A DNA stretch of 64,000 bases from Ophelia neglecta (taxonomy: Eukaryota), in NCBI GenBank assembly GCA_965285935.1, contig OZ260663.1, forward strand, positions 74,276,001-74,340,000, read 5' to 3'. Every line of letters begins with the position of its first letter. Positions within the stretch are counted from its first letter, which is position 1. The position numbers and the translations under genes were made by a program. Of this stretch, positions 13,332-24,603 are shown piece by piece. The notes beneath the pieces are model-generated. The model was not told the origin of the DNA. It saw nothing but the letters and a program-made list of their open reading frames with translations, and ran no database searches.

Positions 13332-14590
13332 TTATGTCAGGGTCCAGACACCATACCTGTGTTATATAAGGGCCTCTGCTCCACACTAGTGTGTTATGTC
13401 AGGGTCCAGACACCATACCTGTGTTATATAAGGGCCTCTGCTCCACACTAGTGTGTTATGTCAGGGTCCAGACACCATACCTGTGTTATATAAGGGCCTC
13501 TGCTCCACACTATTGTGTTATGTCAGGGTCCAGACACCATACCTGTGTTATATAAGGGCCTCTGCTCCACACCAGTGTGTTATGTCAGGGTCCAGACACC
13601 ATACCTGTGTTATATAAGGGCCTCTGCTCCACACTAGTGTGTTATGTCAGGGTCCAGACACCATACCTGTGTTATATAAGGGCCTCTGCTCCACACTAGT
13701 GTGTTATGTCAGGGTCCAGACACCATACCTGTGTTATATAAGGGCCTCTGCTCCACACCAGTGTGTTATGTCAGGGTCCAGACACCATACCTGTGTTATA
13801 TAAGGGCCTCTGCTCCACACCAGTGTGTTATGTCAGGGTCCAGACACCATACCTGTGTTATATAAGGGCCTCTGCTCCACACCAGTGTGTTATGTCAGGG
13901 TCCAGACACCATACCTGTGTTATATAAGGGCCTCTGCTCCACACCAGTGTGTTATGTCAGGGTCCAGACACCATACCTGTGTTATATAAGGGCCTCTGCT
14001 CCACACCAGTGTGTTATGTCAGGGTCCAGACACCATACCTGTGTTATATAAGGGCCTCTGCTCCACACCAGTGTGTAATGTCAGGGTCCAGACACCATAC
14101 CTGTGTTATATAAGGGCCTCTGCTCCACACCAGTGTGTTATGTCAGGGTCCAGACACCATACCTGTGTTATATAAGGGCCTCTGCTCCACACCAGTGTGT
14201 TATGTCAGGGTCCAGACACCATACCTGTGTTATATAAGGGCCTCTGCTCCACACCAGTGTGTTATGTCAGGGTCCAGACACCATACCTGTGTTATATAAG
14301 GGCCTCTGCTCCACACCAGTGTGTTATGTCAGGGTCCAGACACCATACCTGTGTTATATAAGGGCCTCTGCTCCACACTAGTGTGTTATGTCAGGGTCCA
14401 GACACCATACCTGTGTTATATAAGGGCCTCTGCTCCACACCAGTGTGTTATGTCAGGGTCCAGACACCATACCTGTGTTATATAAGGGCCTCTGCTCCAC
14501 ACCAGTGTGTTATGTCAGGGTCCAGACACCATACCTGTGTTATATAAGGGCCTCTGCTCCACACCAGTGTGTTATGTCAGGGTCCAGACA
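13332..14590. repeat. 62-bp minisatellite, ~20 near-identical copies
   Basis: Unit GTGTTATGTCAGGGTCCAGACACCATACCT-GTGTTATATAAGGGCCTCTGCTCCACACYAGT, period 62 (CCACAC at 13381, 13443, 13505). It is a dimer of related 30+32-bp halves, preceded by degenerate monomers and a C17 run (13258-13274). Confidence 0.98.
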
Positions 14591-15035
14591 TGAGAGGAGA
14601 GGGAGCTGCCTGAAGATCCTGAAGAGGAGGGCGCTGCTGTTGCTGACCCTGCCCCAGAACTGTCTCATCGTATGGGGACTCAGAATAGACAGAATGCAAT
14701 TGCTTGGGAACCATGGAAAGGTTTGACAGAATGTAACCACATGAAGGGACCCTCCCAAAACGTGAAGGGCTGGGAGGGTACGTGTGGGCATCTGGGGTAG
14801 ACTGTGGTAGACCGCAGGCCGAACCATAGTGTGCATTTGAGCTTTCAGGACTCAGCAGCCGCTGTCCACCCCTGGCCCATCAGGGATACCAAAATAGACT
14901 GAGAACAAACTTAACAAGACTTAGAAAGACATCGAAAACCGAAAAAATTGCCATAATCTCATGGTGCATTAGAATCCCTAAGTGCATTACGTTTCAGGCA
15001 AATGGGGCTGCTGGGAACATGGTGTAAACGAAGCA
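14591..15035 (+). mobile_element. Possible 3' fragment of a PIF/Harbinger-type DNA transposon
   Basis: Frame from 14594 gives EERELPEDPEEEGAAVADPAPELSHRMGTQNRQNAIAW, resembling the acidic tail plus G-x-x-x-R-x-x-I ending of HARBI1-like transposases. It ends in GTGTAAACGAAGCA-TTA (15022-15038), like the animal Harbinger TIR type ..CGTTTACAC with a TWA target. The catalytic core is absent. Confidence 0.35.
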
Positions 15036-15948
15036 TTACATCCTGGTCTCAAAGAGGTTGTTTAAAGGCCAAACCAATAACTTAGTTAGAGCCAATTATT
15101 TGTCTGCCACTTGATTATAAATTTAGACTATTTCTATACAGGGGTCTATCCCCTATGACCCTTATCTTTTCTGATGGATTATAGAAGTACCAATTCAGAT
15201 ATGGTTATCACATTTGGTGTTACACTTTAGGGTTCCATAACACCAATTGTAGTTCAGGTAAGGCAAAAAACAAGATGGCTGCCATAATGCAATGTGTGCC
15301 TTCACACTCCTTGTGTGGAACATTAAACAAAATAAAAAGTGATCAAGATCACATAATCAGATTTATTGTATTTTTTTCCACATCCTAAGGACTACTGCAA
15401 TAATATTGATTTGATTGAATCCAATTTGTTGGTAGGTGGGCTTTTGGCATCGACCAAATCATGCTAAATATATAATATCATGATTTAAGTCATTTTGCAA
15501 CAAGTTAGAAATTACTGATGAAGTGGAGACTCTTATGGTTAGATGCTTTTCTGACTTTTTCTGAGATAAAGTTATCTAGTGCAAATTTCTCCTAGTCTAA
15601 CATGCATACAGGAGAGCAATAATTAATTACTCAATTTGACATTCAATTAAACTCCATTAGTGTTAAAAGTGTATAAAGAAAATAAAGCGCTGTTAAATGT
15701 ATATTTTGTAATGGCTGAATCAAGAAAAAAGTATATTATACAGAGCCAAATGATTTCATCATTTAGAATGAACAGATGGGACTCGCCCACCGGACATTTA
15801 AAATTGTAATTGAGTTTTGTAGAAGGTGTAGCATATGTTGGTATCTATGGGAAAAATATGTGCATAGTATAGTATTGTGTGATATGTATGTTCTGGTTCA
15901 TAAGAAATATCACATTTTCAGAGCAACTGATGGACTCCTTAGCAAAGT

Positions 15949-16021
15949 ATACCCAACTTAAGACACTAAATGACCCACATGGTGTCTATGTGTCGTTAAG
16001 CCCCAAAAATCCAAATCCTAA
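15949..16021 (+). mobile_element. 5'-truncated non-LTR retroposon (LINE/SINE) 3' tail with 13-bp TSD
   Basis: TCCTTAGCAAAGT flanks both sides (15936-15948, 16022-16034). The insert ends in an (AAATCC)n-type tail and is identical over ~58 bp to the copy at 18340. Confidence 0.9.
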
Positions 16022-17730
16022 TCCTTAGCAAAGTTCTAAAAAAGCTGACAGGCTAACAAAGGCAGGGGTATGTCTGACCTCATAACTGACCAGAATCTGG
16101 TATTGTCAACTTCACTTTTCATGATTTTTGATTTGACATTTGGCTGTCCTTTGGGATCATGGTTTAATTTTTCATTTACTGTAGCCTGGGAATGTTTGGT
16201 TTAATTTTCTGTGAAAAGGGATTCATTCTTTCCAGTTATCTGAAGACCTTCTAGATATGCTGCATACTAGACTATTGATTGATGTACTGTTGAAGAGAAT
16301 TCCGGACTATAAAACAAAATTGATTTTTAAGGTACAATGTTTTAAATGCCATTGCTAGATTCAAACTCCTGAGTTTCAATCGAATCACAAGTCATCAGTA
16401 CAAGAAGAAGAGATCAGAAGTTTGTGCTGCTTGCTTGGATGTCTCTGCATCCTTAAAATGAATGTCTCCGGAAATATAGGTTGCATTGACGCTATATTTA
16501 CCAGGTACTGCTGACGCATTTAATTTGTGTCTTGTTGTACCACTATAGGTGGCTTGGCATTAAATTTACACCTGATGTGGAAAACAAAACGGCCACTGCA
16601 CTGTTCCCTTTATGTGACAGTAGCATGCATTGACATCAGTTCACATCAACTGCTGTCGTCACAACTGAAATAAGTGTTTAACATGCAAATGGTACCTTGT
16701 AAAGACTTGTAAAATATTATGTATTGCAAAATATTATGTATTACAATATATATATAAACAGTATATATAATTATGTCATGTACATATTGCATATGTGTAT
16801 GAGCAGTATATGTGTAAACATAACCATAAACCTGCACCTGTTGGTACATTTAGGAAAAAGCAGCAGTTACTGGCATCCTTGATCTTATTTTCATTTTGAC
16901 CTGTTTTTCCCCGTAGTGTTACTACATGTATAAATAATGTAAAACATGTGTTTTGGCAATATATAAATGAAATTCATTTTAAATGTTGGAATGAAAAAGA
17001 TAACCAAGATTTCTGTAGTCTCTCTTAAATGAAATGCAACAGAAATTAACTGGACCACACAAACCACTACAAGTCTAACTGATCAAGTATGCTCCAAATG
17101 AGAAAATGTGCCTGGAACTTTTCAAGGAATTATAACGTCATCATGATGTCATCTATGTCTGCTGTGCAATGAATGGCAACAGAAGTGTATGATGTTTGTA
17201 TCTCGGCAAATTTTTTTTTTCCATCTGGCGCATAGGTGAATAACATATCCCTTGGTCTATGGTGTTTTAGAAGCAGATGGCAGTTTAAAGTTTTGTTTGC
17301 ATTTAAAGATTAAATTAGAATATAAATTGTGAGTATTCCATCATTTAATTTTTAATCAATGTGAAAAACTTGAAAGGGTAATAAGTGTAATTATATGACA
17401 GCAAGTGATTTGTGCATATTTTGTTCTTATATTTTAAATGGTTGCAGATGCTACAAATGTCAATTATGAGTATCTATCACATAGTTTGGATAACACAAAG
17501 CCATAATGTTAGCAGCTTTCTAATCTGCATCTGGCATAAGGTTATTAATATACAGCTATTATAGAATATAATTTGTTCAAAATTATATAAACTGAACAAC
17601 ATAGAAATATATCTTTTTTCATAGATAAACTACAGTCAATTGAATAATTATCAGTTTAGTACTTTTGTAATGCCAAAGCTTAGACCAGTCATCTTCCTTG
17701 ACTCTTTCTGTAATATTGTCCAAGTCTCCG

Positions 17731-17830
17731 GCTCTCTGTCTCTCGGTCTTGCTGTCTCTATGACAGAGAGTCTCTCTATCTCTCTGTCTAAGACTCTGTC
17801 TCTGTCTCTGTCTTTGTCTCTGTCTCTGTC
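17731..17830. repeat. (TCTCTG)n-type microsatellite
   Basis: Imperfect TCTCTG/TCTGTC hexamer run. Confidence 0.9.
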
Positions 17831-17860
17831 AGCCAAAGCACCACCAACATCAATCTTTGG

Positions 17861-18424
17861 GAACCACCGGCCACAGACCCACATACATCAATTTTCAGCA
17901 ACCACCAGCCACAGACCCACATACATCAATCCTCAGAGACCACCAGCCACTGACCCACATACCTCAATCCTCATGAACCACCAGCCACAGCCCAACATAC
18001 ATCAATCTTCAGGAACCATCAGCCACAAACCCACATACAGCAATTCTTAGGAACCACCAGCCACAGACCCACATACATCAATCCTCAGAGACCGCCAGCC
18101 ACAGACCCACATACCTCAATCCTCACGAACCACCAGCCACAGCCCAACATACATCAATCTTCAGGAACCATCAGCCACAAACCCACATACAGCAATTCTT
18201 ATGAACTACCAGCCACAGACCCAAATACCTCAGTCACCAGGAACCACCAGGCACAGACCTGTGTACATATATCCTCCGGAACCACCAGCCACAGACCCAC
18301 ATACATCAATCCTCTGGAACCACCAGCCCCAGGCCCACAAGACACTAAATGACCCACATGGTGTCTATGTGTCGTTAAGCCCCAAAAATCCAAATCCAAC
18401 CCAGGCCCACATGCATCAATCCTC
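17861..18424. repeat. 38-bp minisatellite, ~13 copies, with a 4-unit (152-bp) higher-order duplication
   Basis: Consensus ACCACCAGCCACAGACCCACATACATCAATCCTCAGGA. The variant series of units 2-5 recurs as units 6-9 (CCTCAGAG at 17931 and 18083). The last unit is interrupted by a retroposon. Confidence 0.95.
18340..18399 (+). mobile_element. Second copy of the retroposon 3' tail (60 bp) with 12-bp TSD
   Basis: CCCAGGCCCACA flanks both sides (18328-18339, 18400-18411). Insert AGACACTAAATGACCCACATGGTGTCTATGTGTCGTTAAGCCCCAAAAATCCAAATCCAA. Removing it plus one TSD restores a normal 38-bp unit. Confidence 0.92.
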
Positions 18425-20682
18425 ATTTCCCAACAGTAAATAAACTTGTATCGCAAATAAAAAAAATGAAAAAATTAAATAATAAAATTTGATACCAGTT
18501 GCAAGGCAAGGGATCAAAATTTTATTTTTGGACACTGCTGCTGCAGCAAACTCGGATGCTCCAATGTCAAGGAGAACACAATCTTAGGTGGTCTGAGAAC
18601 ACCTGACGAGGACACTTCAGATTACAGACAGATACAGTATATGGCTTGCACAGGTCCAAGTTTAGAATGCCATCAACTATCATACAATATTGGTACAAAC
18701 AGAATGCTTTTTCTAACTTTCTCCTTGATCCAATTTTATATCCAAAGATATGAAAAACAAAGCACTTTCGATAGACACCAGTCTTTTTGTATAATCTGTT
18801 CACTTAGGGGTTGGTTAATCAATCCAGAAAGACTCACTGACAGGTACCCAGTAAATCAATTTGTTGATACTTATTTTAATATTAAAAGTGTAAACTCTAC
18901 CCAAATCTGCATTTTGTAGTTTCACACCAGTGTATCAAGATTAAAATGCATTGAGCTAACGCTATGGGCAAACCTATTTCAATGCATCTGTCACTGGTTT
19001 AGTATACATTCAACTCTTTTTTTGCAGAACAGTTTTACATCAGTGTAGCATTAATTCTCATAAAAATACATTACTTTTATGTTGATGTTTCTGTATGTGT
19101 CTGCTTATTAACCTGAATAATATGATAGATCTATCAAAATATGGGTTAAGTTTTAGAAGATTAAATGAGAGATCACCACAAATGTATGATCCAAAAACAG
19201 TGTTTTTTGATGTCAGATGATATACATGTATATGACACACACAATCATACAAGTACACTCACATGCACACACACACATATATATATTACTTTTCAACTTA
19301 AATGCATTTTTACAAATCCAAACCATACAAAGAAAACTGTGTGTATATGTACCTGCGCAAGTTTAATTTTGATGCAATACTTTGTTACAAACTAGCCATG
19401 AATTTGTTTCTTTAATATTTTTAGTGCCAGACAGTATGATTTCCATGACTCAACAAATAGTGTATAGTCCTTGCTTTTGCTGTCAATATGACAGATGATG
19501 TGATTGGCTTTCTTTAGCAGTTCTGGCTGTTTTGTTGATTTAGTATCAGAGTTAGCGACTTGATCGCTGTCTTGATTGTTATCAGTTAGTATCCGTAAAC
19601 AACACATGGGTCCCACCTGATGGTAGTTAAGGATATGGAACACAAAGCCATATGTCACTAAAACACAGCTACAGTCAGTATGTCATGACATAATGTCAAA
19701 AGTATCTATCAGGTTATAGTCAGTATATAGGGACAAATCCCTAGACTGCCTCATCTTTCAACAATTAGATTCTGGTGATTAGATAATCCAGAACCATGAA
19801 GAAATTCATGAACATTTATGTAAATATATAAATGTCACTTGGCTTTGAAATATTTTAAATCCATATGTGTTATGTCCTAGAATTACCAAGTATGGGTATG
19901 TATGCATTTATTCACTGCTGTCAGAAAAATTTTGGTTAGCATCAAGGGCCAGAAAAACCTTGTAGGTTTAAAAAACATATATTGATTGCCATTGTTCACT
20001 TGTAGTATTCAGTTTTCTGTTACCATATACAGAAAATTAATTTCAAATATGCAAATTTTTACTAAAGAAATCAGCAAAAGTGAAATGATAGGATGTGCAA
20101 TGGATTTTAACTGTGATGTCGCAAGATGTATAAGTCCACCAGCAAAGTGCTGGTTTCCATGATCCCAGGCAAGTGTTCAAGTCTGAAGCCCTAGGTGGCG
20201 TAAGAGGGCTGAGTGTGCAGTCGTCTGCTGACTGCTCTCCTATGATAGCTCCGTCTGCCAGCCCTCAATACATGATCTGTCTGCCTGGAATCTTGGATCC
20301 CTACCGCTGTGACTGGCTCTTTCAGGGATCCAAGTGATATGAGTGTAATATAGATAGAATCCCTATCATACATCTCAAGTGGAGAAACAAGTGGAAAAAA
20401 GGTCTGACACAGCTATTCTAGCAGGGCCAACTGGGCAGTAATGAACTGGGTTTCAAACTTTGTTCGAATTGTTCATTTACTAGTAGCTATACTAGTAAGA
20501 GTTACTATTGTAATACAGCATATCACATGTTACTTTCTTATTGTCTGTCTTACTCTATCTAAGTTAACATCAAAACAGATATTGTATTTGCAAAAAGCAG
20601 TCGTTGGCGATCGTCCATAAAGCTGTCAATCAGTTTACAGTTTTTTGGCTTGATCAGTAGCCTTATTGTGTACTACATGTAG

Positions 20683-21000
20683 ATGACAAGGTGAACAGCT
20701 TTTCTTAGTTTCAAGCAATGTTCTGTCAAGGTCTGTTCTGGATTTTGGATACCTCAATATCCTACTGCCATCGTCAGACAGTGAAATAATCGGCATCTTG
20801 TTTTGATAATTAGGGTGTGGACAAACTGCCAACCAGCGATCTGCAGTCACTTTTTAAAAAGTGAGTATATTAATGGAAAACAAACATGTACCATGCCTGG
20901 GCAAAACAGGAAAATAAAGACTGATGTCAACATTTGTTCTTTCAAAGAAGAAATGGCGAGAAAAATGGCATGTATTTATAGAAAAGTTAGATACCAAGAA
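20683..21000 (+). pseudogene. Decayed THAP (C2CH) zinc-finger sequence, probably two tandem THAP modules of transposon origin
   Basis: One frame reads MTR*TAFLSFKQ-CSVKVC-SGFWIPQ-YP-TAIVRQ*(W?)...NCQPA-ICSHF-LKSEY, then TCTMPGQN..NICSFKEEMAR and, after a frameshift, KWHVFIEK. The order Cx4C / (F/Y)P / W / CSxHF matches THAP, though CSHF lacks one residue. Confidence 0.45.
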
Positions 21001-24000
21001 ACGATTACTCTTTCTAAACTGATGTAAGGGAGATTCAAATGGCATCTTGGAGAAGTGTTCAATCCCCCCCCCCCCCCCCTCCCCTCCCTGGATACATGGC
21101 TTCACAAGACTAATGCTAAGCATTTTAGTGTGAAATATCCACATGCTAAAATGGAAATTATTCTGGTAAGCAAAAAACATTCACAAATTTTATTTGTACA
21201 AGATTTGTTTATGAATGGAGATCAATTTTGGATGTCTTTGATGTTCTCCAGAGCTGGCAGAGAAGCTTCTGTGATCAAAATAAGTTTTACTGTAAAACAT
21301 GGTAGATTTCCCACATCTTTTGATAATGCGTATTTGATAGCTGCGTGTAAACTATTATCAGGGATATTGTCCGTCTGCTGGGTCTGGAAGCTTCTGGAGA
21401 CATGCGTGGGCCTGTATTAAAGACCTGGTCCCCAGGCAGTGATCTGGACTGTGCTCCGGGCATATGATAGTTCAAATGTTGATACAAGTGGCAAGGCATC
21501 AAGAAAGAATTAAAGTGAAAAAAAAAACTCAAATAAAACATGTCTATCATTATTTAAGAAGAAGTTTTTAGTAAATTTCTCCTTCCTCGAAGTTCCTAAA
21601 TATTTGGTAAAAGAAGAGACTTTGGAATCAGTATACAACCACAACTAAGGGTTAACAATGATGCAAAATTGTTGGAAAAATGGTGCCAATGTTGATCTTA
21701 GTCCATGCTTTATAAATGGCTATTTAACAAAGATAATTATATAAGAATGGAATGAGAAGGGTGACAATGAAAGATTTCATGTTTTTAAAAAATGTGTTAG
21801 TATAAAAATGAATTGCATGTGGAGTATGTATACATACATGTACATGTTCTCATTGTACCGAAATTGAAACCTGCTGTGGTATAAGCTGCCATACATGTAG
21901 GTGTCACATGATCGCCAATGAACTGTACAATTTATATTTAAATAAAGTATCAAGTTCCAGCCTAAGTGATACTTTCCCAAGTCCTATACTGTATAAAAGT
22001 TCATTACTTTTCCCTTTCAATAATTTACAGTAGTTATCTGTGAAGTTTTCTTTGTTATGTGAGCCTATTGTCATATGACTAACAACAAGAAGGGTGATCA
22101 AAGTTGCATTGATCTGGTAAAGAGGATTGAGTCTTCTCTCTCCTTTGGGAATCTCCTTGGTAGACTGCATCCGTTAACAGCCCTAAAACTTGTTTAATGC
22201 CTTTTCCAATATCATGCTAGGCTAGTCGTTTGTGTTTCAATAAATTGTTTCATAGCTCTTTCACAGACTAATTAGCCGGAGAAATAGGTGTGCCTTTCAT
22301 CAGAATGGAAACATGATCACTGCTTTGATAGATATCACACAGCCAATGATTGCCCGGTCATTTGAAACTCCCAGAAACCATCTGCTATTGGACTTTGCTT
22401 GTGATTTGATTGTTTCACGCTTGGTGGCACAGCTAAATGATGTCTAAATGGGCTGGTGCCAATAGTTTGATGGCCATTAACTTAAGCAATAATAGCCTGG
22501 CTAACCTGTTAGTAGTGGCTACATGATATATTGGCGATGGTGATTCGGGAGTTGAGAAGTCATGCTGACCTGATCCGACAGGTGGTACATGTACGAGCAG
22601 CTTCTAGCTGTGAACAGCAAATATTAAAACGATTTTCTATACACTGGTAAATAAAAAAACATGTACCACCAGATAAGTAATCTTAAAGATTAGGAGCTAT
22701 GTGTATAATAAGGACTTCAAACTTCAATGTGTGTTTACTAGCTTTAACTGTCCATGCTCAAGTGCCAACTGTCCAAGATCTCTTAACTAAAAAATAGGAA
22801 ATGAAGATTTGATGCTCAGATTGAAGAAAAGTTAAGGGGGAGGAGGAGAGTGGGATACCAGCTAGCAAAGGAAATAGATTAGCAAAGAATGGAGTACAGT
22901 ATATAATAAATTAAAATTGGATAGCCTAAGTATGAAGTACAGGAATTAAAATGAGCTGAACATGAATAATGAGAATTAACCAATGTCTGTGTATGGGCTT
23001 ATTGAGGAAACTGCTTAGCACACCATCTTTATGGACTGAGTCAGACGCAGGTTTACAGTGTCTTTTTAATAAGATTACATGCCTGTGTCACCATGCTGAG
23101 AAGGAATTAATTGATTGGTGTCAAACACAGGAATTGAGTTGAGTAGAGTTCTCCCACCACATCAGCATTCCAAGGGCAGATATCACTTGCTTCAAGCACT
23201 CAGAAACACATAAAAAGAGGTGGACAAACTTTAGAGGGCTGACACTTTTTGTCTTTTTGTAGAAAAAATGCGTCAGGCATGTTTCCCCCAGGGTTGTGGA
23301 TCTGTTACTTGTGGGTATGAGTAGAACTAGTGTTGGAAGTAAAATCAACAGCAACATGTGTTATCCAAATCAGAGGTGTAAAGTTCTCAAGATGTTTGTA
23401 CAGAGCTGTTGCACATGTTTGCCTCATAACTGTCTGGCGCCAGCCAGTCCCGCTCCAATCTGCAGAATCGCTCAGTGTGACCCGGTCTCGGCCAGGAATT
23501 CACTCCAGATGATGATCAGGAGATCTCGCCCAGTATGACAAGATCCAGGTGGGCTCCTGGCTTCCCGCTCCCCACACATGCTGCCGCCAATGTGGCTTTT
23601 CTCAATGTCTCTCTCGGGTGCAGCCGATGTCTGGGGGGCACGTTGATGTTTAGTCTGGATGGACCGCCAGTGGAAACAAGCAGTGTCTGTGCAGGCTACT
23701 GTAAGGCACTGATTACAAATCATTGGCAAAACCCTGGAACAAAAACACACTAAAACTGCTAGTGTTATTGTTAGCTGAATTACATTGAATAATTTTCTCA
23801 AATAGTTTGATACGGTTTTGTGTTATTGCCTTAATACGAGACATACACCTATTTAATAGAATTCTTTAAAAAAATGATTGGATAAGGTATATAAAAATTG
23901 ATTTGTTAACACTATATATACTGAATTAGGTCTTTGTTATTTAAAGCATGCATCAAAGATTTTGTATCTATTTCTCTTTTACATAGTTTGACATAGGTCT

Positions 24001-24521
24001 GAAGTTAAGATATATAAAAAAAATTGCTTATTTTTCACAAATTTGATATGCGTTTGATACAGTGCAATCCTTGGTTAAACGTGCTGGGCTCAAGAAACAC
24101 AGGATATAATTTCTTTCTTTGACGGTGATTTACCATGATGAGTCATAGTCTTCCGTTTTCTTTTGGTTGTAGAATTCACAATTAAATAAACACTCATTGT
24201 GCATGTATTGGGGGGCTTGAGAATGGTGATATAAACTAATGAGTTTATTTTTTCTCAGAGGGGGTGAGGGGTGATGGGAGTTGGTGGGTGGGTGGGTGCT
24301 ACAGTCACGTTGTGTAAAGGCATGTTTTATTTGCTATTCCCATAATTTTTACTGTGGATATGTGTCTAATTGAAGTCTCTCACTCCAGGAAAAAAACATG
24401 CTTTAGGTGTTTAGGAAAACAAAACAAGGTCAGCAGAAAATGAAATAAAATATATATGGGACAAATACTGTACATTCATACATGTAGGTACTGTATGTGT
24501 ACCCTAGCATCTCTTAGCCAG

Positions 24522-24603
24522 CATCTCCAAAGATGGCCCCATATCTCCAAAGATGGCCCCATATCTCAAAAGATGGCCCCATGCCTCTAAAGGTGGCCCC
24601 ATG
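24522..24603. repeat. 20-bp tandem repeat x4
   Basis: ATATCTCCAAAGATGGCCCC with progressive divergence. Confidence 0.95.

Noticed and set aside
13332-14590. CRISPR array (also considered for 36080-37909 and 8544-8816)
   Set aside because: Head-to-tail units with no unique spacers (or only G-run spacers), no cas genes, eukaryotic context.
22140-22260. Minus-strand IKQVLGLLTDAVY resembling a LINE post-RT motif
   Set aside because: Single short motif without collinear neighbours.
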